Of a stretch of 64,000 nucleotides of DNA, positions 48,301 to 59,177 are shown piece by piece (position 1 is the first letter of the stretch; every line of letters begins with the position of its first letter). This stretch comes from Carpediemonas membranifera BICM (taxonomy: Eukaryota > Protista > Fornicata), in the NCBI GenBank assembly GCA_019828565.1, contig JAHDYR010000038.1, positions 512,735 through 576,734 on the forward strand. The letters run 5' to 3'. A program made the position numbers and the translations under genes. The notes beneath the pieces are model-generated. The model was not told the DNA's origin, did no database searches, and saw only the letters and a list, made by a program, of their open reading frames with translations.

Positions 48301-49925
48301 ATGATCGCCAAGTCATCCGAGAACGACAAGATCAACCGGTGGAGACTGACATTAGCAGACTACAAGTTCGATGTCGAGCACGTTCCCGGCCTACAGAACG
48401 CAGTCGCAGACGCGCTGAGCCGCTGCGGTCACTCGACCTCGCCCACTGTCGCAGCCATCACGACTGACTCCCGCTACCATGACACACTCATCAAACACCA
48501 GACAGACGACTCTACCGTCTCCAAGCTGACCGTAGACAGCGACGGTCTTCGCCGCAAGGACGGCCTCGTCGTCATCCCTACTTCAACCGTGTGCAGACCC
48601 CTCCGAAAGGAGCTGATACAGATCGCCCACAGAGGACACCACGGCGCCAAGGCTACCATCGAACGCCTGAGAGCAGACGGCTATACCTGGACAGGCTGCA
48701 CAACAGATGTCGAGGAGTTCATCGCCTCATGTGACGAGTGCCAGAAAGCTCGCCTACGCAACTTCGCCGAGGCAGAGCTCCGCACAACAGCAGTGTACAA
48801 ACCGTTCCACACTGTCGCAGTGGATACTATTGGTCCAATCCCGGCAGACGCAGTCGGCTCCAGATACATCACAGTTATGGTCGATATGTTTACTCGCTAC
48901 ACTGAGTTGGCCGCGACGGACGAGAACACAGCTGATGCAGCGTCAGAGGCCCTCTGGCGCCAGGTGATTACCCGTCATGGGACTCCCCTGTTCATCAAGT
49001 CCGACAACGGGCCTGAGTTCACCGGCAACGTCGTCAAGGCCCTGCTCGAAAGCGCGGACATCACCCAGCAATTCACCCTCCCCTACCACCCTCAGTCGAA
49101 TGGGCTGGTAGAGCGTCGTAACGCGGAGGTCATGAAGCATCTTCGCTGTTTGATCCTCCATTCGACAAGTTCTCCCGTTGGAGCGACCTCCTTCCGGTAG
49201 TTCAGCTGCTGCTGAACACAACCACCTGCAGCGCCACTGGGGTCACACCCCACGCCATGCTGTATGGAGACCAACTCGACCCCAGCTCCACAGTCGCTAG
49301 AATCCTCCGACCGAGCGACAATGACTCGCCCCTTGCCTCAGCCTCAGCCTACATCACTTTTACTTCGAGCCCACCTCTCCAAGTTGACCTCTAGGGCGGC
49401 CGAGAAGCAGCGCGAGACTGTAGACAAGCGCCTCGCCAAGGCCAACGCCGACCGCCAGCCGACTAGCTTCAAGGAAGGCGACCTCGTCCTGCTCAACCGG
49501 ACGAAGACCCCAAAGCTGCATGGCTTCGCCGGCCCGTTCAAGATTCTCGCCATCAAGGACAACAACACCCTTCAGCTGGTCGACCTTTTCGAGAGCGCCC
49601 CCTTCATGGCTCACGTAGACCAGGTCCTTCCTTTCAACACCAAGTCGGGGCTCAGCCGCCTGAAGAACCTCGCCGCCTCCGACGAGCAGACGTACGTCGT
49701 GCAAGGCATCGAGAAGCACCGTCGCCGCAACGGCACACTGCAGCTCCTCGTCTGCTGGGAGGGCGACTACGATCCCACATGGGAACCCGCCGACGGGCTC
49801 CGCCACGTCACTGCGGCACGTGACTACCTCAAGTCCCACAAGCTCAAGCTTAAGGGGGGTAGGATGTCATAAGGCATCCACGTCCGCAGTTTATGTAAAT
49901 GTTCCAATCTCTTCGCCCCGGCACA
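45343..49925 (+). mobile_element. Element E: Ty3/gypsy chromovirus-like LTR retrotransposon (4583 bp) inserted in the F transposase
   Basis: Identical 61-bp LTRs (45343-45403, 49865-49925); GCGC TSD; PPT AAGGGGGGTAGGA. Confidence 0.95.
45420..49872 (+). CDS. Element E gag-pol (several frameshifts)
   Basis: LIDSGS; DLTSGYWQ and YIDD; LETDAS; VDTIGP, SDNGPEF; chromodomain YVVQGIEKH...LVCWEG..PTWEP. Confidence 0.9.
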
Positions 49926-52057
49926 GCGCTCAATCTCCTTCTCGACGCGAGAAAGAGACTCTTCCATCAACAAATCACCCTCGCTACCCATATACTCGAC
50001 TATACGGAAAGGTGGAGTAATCTTGTTGGGGAATGTGAAGCCTGTGGGGTCGTAGATGCGGAGCTTGAAGGCAGCAGAACCCCCTTTCCACCCGTCAAGC
50101 CATAGTAGGATCTTCATGGGGCTAAACGTGACTCCAACCCTGTTGCCAAGGGCGTTCTTGCATCGAACGTAGTTGGGCTGGTCCGACTCGAGCCATTCCG
50201 GGTGGCGAACAGCTTGCTTGAGGTAACGAACGGCATCAAACCAGACTCGATCAACCTTGTCCCATGTGGAGCTGTTGAGCCGCTTGCCGAGGGTGACTCC
50301 CTGGGTCTACTTGAGCTCAGGGCGATGACTTGTGGCCTCATCGCTCGTCTCGTAGTGAAGATCAAGCATTGGCTTCTCCCACTTGAAGTCAATGACGTTC
50401 TCCGCGTCCGTCAGGGGCTGGATATCGACACCCTCGTCCACCGTTAGGCGATTGGTGCACTCGAGTCTCGACTTTGTGCCATTTCTGCCCCACCGCCAGG
50501 TCGTGTTGACTGTGACAGACTCCACAGGGACGAGATGACCCAAGAAAGCAACCTCTGGTCTAGTCAGCGCTGCAACCAGGCCGTTGATCTTGGTGATATT
50601 GACCTGCAACTGCTTCACGAAGATATCAGCAGCCTTGCTGGAGATGATTGGCATATGAAGTCGCGCAGAAAGACTACGGATGAGCTTAAAGAGCTCATGG
50701 GTTGCGTTACAACCCGACTTGATGTACATCAGGATAGAAACAAGCTCCAAAAATCTGCTTGTAGTTGTCAGTTTCCTCAGTTGAGACCTCGTGCTGTCTC
50801 CGCAAGCGTTCGTGGGTGACAGCAATACGCGCGTGGTCACGTACGAAGACATCGAAGGTCGGGGCGACTCCTCTATGGGAACGTACTGCACGCAAGAAGG
50901 GTCGAGAGTCGTGCGGGTCGGCGAAAAATCTCGGATCGACCTCCATGTCCGCAAATAGGCCCTGGTTAGCCATTTCCAAGATGAGTTCACGGAATTCTCG
51001 GCGCTGGCGGCCTCGATCCTGTGTATTTCCGCCAATACCAACAAGGGAGAGGTATGTATGAGCGAGAATGTAGTTCATACGCTCTGCAGTCCTTGGAGGG
51101 CCAGTATTGTCGTAGACAGTGCCAATGAAGGTCTGTATGACAATGTGCATGCTCAGGAATTTTTGCTGAAGTCACTTTCACATTTCACAAGTTTCACAAG
51201 AGTTTGTGAAAGATTTTTGGTTTGGGGCTTCCGCTGCTCTGTTTCCTCCAAAAAGTTGTGAGCAGCAACTACACTGAGTTTTATACGTATTCTATGCTTC
51301 TCATACCCATTGATGCGTTATTGCGCAATTCTGCTTTGCCCTCAAAGGAAAAGTGAATTTGAATTTCCCCCTGAATCTTGCAAGATACTGCGGAAGTAAC
51401 GGTAAGAAAAAATGAAACTCGCCAACGAAAGCAGCTGGAAGAAAATGGTAAAAAGTATTGGAACTAGGACAATATGGTGTACACTCTGAGCAACTTCATT
51501 TCTTTCTGGCGTTCACCTGTGTCACGAGCTCTTTGGGCACTGTTTCGGGCGTTAGGACAAACCAAGGGTTCCATGATCCTTTGTTGATCTAGTTACACCT
51601 CTGTTGTTAGCACAATCTTCCAAGACCATCTCATCGTTGATAAAATTTTGCAGATTTTCGAATGCGAGAAAATGAAGACTTCCCCACAGAACCTGAGTAT
51701 GTACGGATAGTACTTGACCCCCATGGATTATCCCCCCATGTTTGGTTTTTGTGGGGAAGTCTTCATTTTCTCAATCTCTGATTCAATCATTAATTCATAC
51801 GGAAGTAGAAGATACTGGAGGCTGAAAACTTCAGAGGGCATTGCTATTAGCTATAAAACACCGCTGTTAAGATCCCATGTTCGAACGAGCACTTCACATT
51901 TACAACATAAAATGCGTTATCCTCTTTTATCAACACTGACACCATGTGATACTTCAAGACGCCAGACATGTCTTTTATGCTTCTATAACTACCTTCTAGA
52001 TGTTCTGGAGGTGCCTGAGATCGCCTGGATCGCGAGGTTTGACCAGCGTTGACACAT

Positions 52058-52104
52058 GAGTATCTCCAGAGTATCTCCCGGGAGACTCTAGCCATTCTTA
52101 CAGT
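52058..52104 (-). repeat. Element F right TIR
   Basis: Reverse complement of 36377-36423 with 1 mismatch. Confidence 0.93.
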
Positions 52105-52633
52105 ATGCCTCCTCGGCAGCCGTAGCGAGCTCTTGACCGTCGCGGACTGTGGCTGCCGGGTTGCCTTCCTCGAAGACGTTCAGCAACGGCGTGTACTTCG
52201 GGTTTTCTGGGTCTATAGCGGAGACTGCTGCGTCAAATAGGGACGTGGCGCGGCGCTGGGCGGCCGCAGCCAAGGGGCCATCGGGGTGCTTCAGGGCGGC
52301 AGAGGAGGCAACGTTGAACAGATCTTCCTCTAGGAGTGCCTTGATCTGGGCCATGACGGCCTTGGAACTGACCCGATCTTCTGGCTTATGCTCTTCACGC
52401 AGAGCGCGGCGGACCTCAGCGTCCGATATCGTGTCCTCTTCCATAGCCTCGTAGGAGGCGTATTCCTTCGTCTTCCTCCAATTAGCGTGAAGGAACTCCG
52501 TCGTGGCGGGATCAAAGGTGCGAATAAGTGAAGTAGGGCGCTTCACATGAGGTAGTTCTCTCTTGTAAGACTTGATGGCCTCGGAGAGCTCATGTGCGTT
52601 TGTTACACTGACAAGCATGTTTTCGCCTCGCAT
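52105..52633 (-). CDS. Element B gag N-terminal part
   Basis: ATG lies just downstream of the 5' LTR; similar to the C gag N-terminus (LPHVKRPTS vs VGNVKRPRS). Confidence 0.8.
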
Positions 52634-52647
52634 TGCAGTGAATTCAC

Positions 52648-52697
52648 TGTGGCGTTGGCTTAAAGCAAAAAGGTGTTTATCAATTGATTACTCCACA
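52648..52697 (-). repeat. Element B 5' LTR (50 bp)
   Basis: Identical to 21396-21445. Confidence 0.93.
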
Positions 52698-52701
52698 ACG
52701 G

Positions 52702-55700
52702 GAGGATCGAAGAAGGTCAGACTCGCATTGAAGAAAGACGTCGACGTCACGCTCCACTGGGACGTGATCGCTGGCTGCAAACCCACAATCTGCTTCAGGA
52801 CCCTTGCCGAGCTGGGCCTGATCAACGTGGAGGCCACCACGACCGACGTCGACGGCGATGAGGAGTTGCTGGCCACGATGGACGAGCAGATCCGCGAGGA
52901 GTATGCCGATTGCTTCGGCCCGGCCGACGGCGCGGCAGACCTGAAGCCGTACAAGATCAGTCTGAGTGATGATGCGGTGCCCTACTTCGAATTGCCGAGG
53001 AGGCGGCAGCCGGAGATTGAGCAGGCACTGTCGGAGCACCTCAAGAAACTGGAAGAGGCGAAGATCATCCGTAGGTCGAAGTCGCCCTGGTCGTCGCGCG
53101 TGGTCATGGCGAAGAAGAAGGGTGGGGAGTGGCGCCCGTGCATCAACTATATCCGCTTGAACAAGTTCATCGAGGATCCCCAGCACGACCTCCCGGCCAT
53201 CGACGACATCATGACGATGCTGGAGGGCAAGGTCAAGTTCGCAGCCCTGGACGCGAGCAGCGCGTTCCACCAGGTGCCGGTCGAGGAGGGGACGCAGGAG
53301 CTGTTGGCGTTCACCACACCCGACGGCCACTTCACCTATAACACGATGCCGTTCGGGTTGTCGACGGCGGCGGGCCATATGCAGGCAGCGCTGGAGGAGG
53401 CGTTCGCGGACATGTTGGGGACGGCCTGCCTCATCTACGTTGACGACATCCTGGTGTTCGGGGAGACGGTGGAGGAGTACGAGGCCAACCTCCGGCATGT
53501 CATGGACCGGGTGAGGGAGCGGAAGATCAAGCTTAACGAGAAGAAGTGCGCTTTCAACCTTGACGAGGTAGAGTACTTGGGCTGGACTGTGTCGAAGGAG
53601 GGACGGTCCGTGCCTGAGTGGAGGGTGGAGGGTGTACAGAAGCTCGCCCCGGCGCACAACGTCAGCGATGTCAGGGCCCTCCTGGGTATCTTCAACTTCT
53701 TCGCGAAGTTCATCCCGGGGTACGCGGACCTGGCCGAGCCGATCAGGAGGATGGAGCTCAAGGACGCGCCGCCGTGGGGGCCGGACCAGGACAGGGCGCT
53801 CGAGGCATTGAAGAAGGCGGTCACGAGCGCGCCGGTGCTGACACACCCGGACCCGGCGAAGAGACTCGCGCTGTACACGGACGCGTCGGACAAGGGGGTC
53901 GGCGCGGTGCTGATGCAGGAGGACGAGGGCGGCAAGCGGCCGATTATGTTCTTGTCGAAGGCACTGTCCGGCTCGCAGCGCAGGTGGAGCACGTATAGGA
54001 AGGAGGCATTCGCCATTGTCCACGCGATCCGCAAGGCTCGGCGTCTGCTGGCAACGCAGGAGTTCAAGGTGTGGTGTGACCACAGGAACCTCGCGTACGT
54101 GTGGGGCGCCAATGACGACATGGTGCAGCGGTGGGCACTCGAGCTCGCCAACTACAAATTCGACGTGGAGCACGTGCCGGGCAGCCTTAACGAGATCGCC
54201 GACGGGCTATCGAGGGCGGCGCTCGCAGAGAGCAGGCGAAGCAGGAGCAGGAGGACATTCCGGACCAGAGTCGGACGGAGTCAGACGAGGATGGCCCAGC
54301 GGCAGCCGGCGCTGAGACAGAAGAGAGCAAGCCGAGACCGCAGGGGCAACTGCTGTTCAGAGTAGACGAGTTCAGGACGACACAGGAGGCGAGCCCGACA
54401 CTGCCGGAGAGTCAGAAGGAAGCGAGGTTCAAGGAGGTACACGGCGCTGGGAAGGGCCACCATGGGGTGCAACAGACCCTGTGGAAGCTTGAGGACATCG
54501 GACTGTCTTGGGACGGAGCCGAAGCTGACGTGTCAACGATGGTCAAACGATGCCCCGTGTGCCAGAAGTCGGGTATGGGGGCGACCCGTACCAGTCGAGC
54601 GCCGCGCGAGCCGCTGGGACCGTATGGTCGAGTGTTCGTGGACACCATCGTCATGAAAGAGGCCGACGGCGAGTACCGGAACATCCTGACAGTTGTGGAA
54701 GAAACGTCGCGATGGGTCACCCTGGTCCCGCTGAAGACAGTGTCGTCACGAGAAACCATCGAGGCATTGCAGAGGTTCTACCTCACCCACTTCCCGATGC
54801 CGGTCGAGTGGGTAGCAGATAACGGGTCGCAGTTCGCATCGACCGAGTTTCACGCGTGGGCCAGGGAGACCGGGGCGCGGGTCAACCACACGACGCCGTA
54901 CTACCACGAGGAGAACGGCGTGGTCGAGCGGTGGAACAAAGAGGTCAACCGCCACCTGCGGTGCGAGATGTATGAACGGCAGACCAGGAGATGGAAGGGT
55001 CTGCTCCCGTCGATCCAGAACATCATCAACTCGGCGCGTTCGAGGGCGACCGGGTCGTCGGCGTGGAGACTGGTAGTGGCGGATGGAACCAGAGCGACCG
55101 TGGACAAGCTCAAGGAACAGAGGATGGAGGAGGTGGAGGCTGCGCGCAGGATGATCCAGAACGAAGAAAATAGAAGAAGGAATATGGAGCAGACAGCGGC
55201 GAAGAAGAAGCAGGACAGCCAGAAGCGAGCGGCTGACATTCAGCGGCAGCACCCTGAGTCGCGCGTGGCAGCGGGTTACTGGGTCTTCGTGGATCGCGAC
55301 GCGGAGATTCGCAAGAAGTACGACCTCAAGTGGCGCGGACCGTTGATGGTGGTCAGGAAGGTCCCCGGGAAGGCGAACTCGTACGTTGTGCGAGACCCAG
55401 AGACGAAGAAGACGTATCAGAAGCACGTTTCTCACCTGAAAGTCGCCGAGGGAGAGTGGAGCGAAGAGAAGGCCAAAGTAGCATGCGCCTTAGATAGAAG
55501 CCAGGCGTATATCAAGAAGATAGTGGACTGGAGGATTAGAAGAGACGCCAACAGGACACCGGAAGTGAGGTGCAGGTGGCTGGGATTCGAAGCCAGCGAA
55601 GACACCTGGAGAGTGGCAACAGACGAAGACATGCGGTCCAACATCGTGTTATTGAAGTACATGGAGGACCATAGCCAACTTGCAAAGTGCGTTGACGAGC

Positions 55701-55732
55701 ATTTGCGCAAAGTCGGTCAGAGTCGGAAATAG
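52702..55732 (+). CDS. Element A pol: protease end, RT, RNase H, integrase, chromodomain (frameshifts near 54230-54460)
   Basis: DASSAFHQ and YVDD; LYTDAS; FVDT, ADNGSQF, ENGVVER; chromodomain YIKKIVD...RWLGFEASEDTW. Confidence 0.9.
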
Positions 55733-55760
55733 AAGCATGGCTCTGATGGAGGAGGGGTAG

Positions 55761-55856
55761 TGTGGTATTTACATGACTATGTAGACGCAGTTAGAGCCAT
55801 TATCACCGCGTAGGAGGTATACCCCTTAAACACTTCACACTTGTTTCCAGACTTCA
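55761..55856 (+). repeat. Element A 3' LTR (96 bp)
   Basis: Identical to 20234-20329. Confidence 0.95.
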
Positions 55857-55987
55857 CCCAAACTGCCCGCACTTTAAGGGGACTGACAGCGAAGCGTGTC
55901 AAACTGCTGATGACGCGCCATGTTTGTCAATGACGCACATGTCAGACTCTATAGAGTCATGTCATATCGAAAGGTTCCACTTCTCCG

Positions 55988-58900
55988 ATGAAACGACCAA
56001 TAGTCTTCCTTTTGGTCCTTTTATCGCTTTTGGCCGCTGTTATGGCGGCCGAAAGCTGCTCAAGCTTCTCTCCTCATCATTGTACGACCTCTAGAGGTTG
56101 CTCATGGTGCGCTTCTGAGAACCAGTGTTTCCCGATCGGCGCCGACTGTCCCGTTGACTTGAGCGAGTGCGCCTACTGCACGCTCGACGGCGACTACTAC
56201 TGCACCACCGAAACGGACGCCTTCTGCACCTCCCGCGCTGGCTGCGACGCTCTTCGCGCTGATGTCAAGTCGTGTGACCTCCATGCCAACACGGCGGCCT
56301 GCACCCAATGTCTCGACATCCCCAACGCCGTATGGTGCCCCGACCCTGGGTCTTTCTGCTTCTCCAAGCTGGACAAGGCTGCCGCCCAGACCTGCAAGCA
56401 GCTAACTGGCTCCTCTGCCACCATCTCCGACCCTCCTGCATGCGCCATAGCCTCTGAGACCTGCAGCACCTGCCTCCTCAACGACGGGGTATGGTGCGAT
56501 GTCATCAACAGCTGCATCTCCGCCACCGACTCTGACTCGTGCTCCCTATGCGAGGCCAAAGGCGGCGTCTGCCGTGCTGAGACATGCGAGGACCAGCCGA
56601 CCTCTTCATCCTACACGATGAACGCCACATCTTTGGACGCCCCAGGTGTCATTAGCGTTCAGTCCGTGGACCGTCTTGGGGAGTGCGTCGATTGCATCGT
56701 GAAGGGCCTCACCTGGTGCCTGTTTCCCGGTGTGACGACCGACCGGTGTCTTGCTGATGACAGCACTTGTACGACAGCAGGCGGGTATGTGATCGAATCT
56801 TGCAACATCCCCGCTTATAGTTGCTATGAATGTGTCATTTTGGATTCGCCACACATCTGGTGTCCTGAAAACGCTGTCGAGCAGCAGTGCGTACCAGCGC
56901 CCGTGGGGTGCGACGGAGGCGCGACTTACTGGAGTGTCACCCCACAACAATGTGTCTGCATTGGATGCGTCACCAATGACGACTCAAACCTGGCTGCATA
57001 CTGCGATGGCGACTATGTTGGCTGCTACGATGACCCTTTTGAGTGTCAGCTTCCTCTCACGTCGCCCGTCACTCCCCAAATGTGCATGACTCCGTGCACC
57101 CAGTGTTTTGCTGGCAGCAACCTTGTTTGTGTTTCTCCGACCAACGATCCATATTGTGTCGCTGATTCTACTGCCGGTGCCGCCCGCTGCTCGTCTCATG
57201 GAGGAGTTCTGGTCGACAATTGCGACGAAAACTGCGAAACTTGTACCACAAACGAGCGCGCATGGTGCATTAGAGCCGACGATCCCGACTTCCAGTACTG
57301 CGCTCAGAGTTGTGAAGATGGCGATATCGTTGTCAACGCTGGCAGCTGCGCGTTCATTGACCACGACGAGTGCGGCACTTGCACCAATGACGGCGGCGAG
57401 TGGTGTGTATCCACCGGCCTCTGCATGGACTCCGAGGCCACGGAGACTACGTGCCCCGAAGATCCTGTAACCTTCCCTTGCGAGTGCCTCGGTGGGTGTG
57501 TGGAAGGCCCCGTTGAGGACAAAAGCTGCGTCTGGTGCGTCTTCGCCGATGACAACCTCAACCATTACACCGAGACGGAGGTAGACTGTCTGACCGAAGG
57601 CGGATATGCTGCCAAGTCATGCGGCTGCGGTCTCGAATGTCAGTCTGCCGGCGGCATATGCTGCGTCTCTTGCGAGGGCGAGGACATTTGCGTCTCTCCC
57701 GGCGATTCTGACCGCTGCATTCTGGACGACATGGTTCCCATTGGCTCTCTTGGCCTCTACTCTGCCATCCCATGCCTTGAGTGCCTCTGTGCAGACGACG
57801 AAGTCTACTGCCCGGACGCGCTGATGTGTGTCGAGGGAGACTTCTGCGACGCTGGGTCCACCGTTGCTCAGAAGAAGGACTGCTTCACATGCGAGCAGTG
57901 TGTCCTGCTCAACGAGTACACGCCCGCTCGATTCTGCGCTGAGAGCTTCAGCAATATCGGCTGCGTCACGAACCAGTGGCCTTCCGACTCTGAGGCTTGC
58001 AACGAGGTCTTCTGCGAGGTCACCTGCGAGACATGCGTCGACGAGAATCACGTGTGGTGCACTGACCCTGATAGGGGCAGCTCGCTGTGCACCACCGCTG
58101 ACGCATGCTCGAGCTTAGGAGGCATCGCCAGCTCCATTCTCGATGACTGCCACCCCTCATGCTGCGAAGAATGCGCCGATGACGAGACCTGCGAGTGCGA
58201 GTGCGTCCCCATTTGCCCCTACGACCAGTGCGACGAGTGCATCGCAGACCCCCTCTGCTCCTGGTGCGGCGCCGAGGTCACCGAGCGTCCCGGGCGTGTG
58301 TATCCCAGATACACTCGCCGAGACGTGCAACGAGACGCTGTACACTGAGATCTGCCCCGCCACTGGCGTCATATGCGACATCCAGGAGGACTGCCCCGCT
58401 TGCACCGAGGGCGGCTGCGACTGGTGCGTGGCCGACTGCCTCTGCTCTGAGGAGGGCGCCTGCTCCATCCCGGGCACGGTCGTCACGGACCCCGCGGAGT
58501 GCGACCCCGAGATCGACCTCGACGCCGTCTGTGGCGGCCTCACTGAGCTTGAGATGCTCCGCGACGTCTTCTACCCATCCCTGAACGGCGACCAGTGGTC
58601 CGACAACAGCCTGTGGGGTGTCGGCGAGACCCCCTGCGCCTGGCATGGCGTCAGCTGCAGCGGCGGCCACGTTATTACCATCGAGCTGAGCGACAACAAC
58701 CTCAGCGGCGCCATTCCCCCGCAGATCGCGTGCCTCGAGTACCTCAAGACCCTCGACCTCTCCCACAACAGCATCGGCGGCATCATCCCGCCCGAACTGA
58801 CGGCCATGACGAACCTCAAGTACCTCTTCCTCAACGACAACCAGCTCCGCGGCCCGCTGCCGTCGTTTGATCTCTGGACTGCCCTGCAGTACGCCTACTT

Positions 58901-59177
58901 CGAGGAGAACTGCCTTTGCGGCCCCATCCCGGACATGGGCGCGATGGTGGCCCTCCGTGAGATCCACTTCTCCAGCAACCGCCTCTCTGGCCCCTTCCCA
59001 GAGGACGTCCTGACCCTCCTCCCCAACAACGCTGGACAGAACCCGCTGTTTGAGATCCGTAACGCCTGCAACCACGTCACCGCGCCCAGCTCAGGCTTCT
59101 GGGACGAGCTGTCGACCAAGCTGCTTGAGCTTGTCCTCGAGGGTGATGAGTGCACATATTGCAGCGCTGAGATTTGA
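55988..59177 (+). CDS. Cys-rich/LRR secreted protein, copy 2 (+1 frameshift near 58284)
   Basis: Duplicate of 9067-12255; ACCGAGCGTC here vs ACCGGCGTC in copy 1. Confidence 0.8.

Larger units (their letters stand above)
44074..51150 (-). pseudogene. F transposase (CMC/Transib-like DDE), disrupted by element E, an in-frame stop and frameshifts
   Basis: LLWLDGWKG (D1); VMGDHAALRHMLSRKSGRPNYPHPC (D2); ICPPFMHDSHR; LEEYFERE (E). The frame is restored across E (EIER|LYTSQ). Confidence 0.68.
36377..52104. mobile_element. Element F: large TIR DNA transposon (~11.1 kb excluding E) with cargo genes, inserted in the B gag
   Basis: 47-bp TIRs with 1 mismatch; removing F restores the B gag frame; encodes a DDE-like transposase. 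Confidence 0.9.
21396..52697 (-). mobile_element. Element B: Ty3/gypsy chromovirus-like LTR retrotransposon (~4.9 kb native) inserted in A
   Basis: Identical 50-bp LTRs (21396-21445, 52648-52697) with TGTGG...CCACA ends; ACGG TSD (21392-21395, 52698-52701); PPT AGGGAGGGCAG on the minus strand. Confidence 0.95.
20234..55856 (+). mobile_element. Element A: Ty3/gypsy chromovirus-like LTR retrotransposon (~4.3 kb native), outermost host of the nest
   Basis: Identical 96-bp TG...CA LTRs at 20234-20329 and 55761-55856; CCCA on both flanks; PPT GGAGGAGGGGTAG; gag-pol split by element B. Confidence 0.95.

Noticed and set aside
36377-52104. Element F as a Polinton, virophage, endogenous virus or Helitron
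   Set aside because: No protein-primed PolB, packaging ATPase, capsid or Rep/helicase motifs were seen; the cargo has a host-style intron.
36376-52105. Element F as Tc1/mariner (TA TSD)
   Set aside because: The TA reading breaks the B gag frame, and no DD34D/E transposase is present.
52572-52701. The same peptide (WRWLKAKRCLSIDYST) in ORFs 20726-21484 and 52572-54365 as a protein repeat
   Set aside because: It is read-through translation of element B's 50-bp LTR.
26740-54460. Frame breaks in gag-pol genes as programmed ribosomal frameshifts
   Set aside because: They fall at inconsistent places (mid-RT, RT/RNase H, integrase) without slippery heptamers. Similar 1-nt indels separate the duplicate host copies, so consensus errors or decay are more likely.
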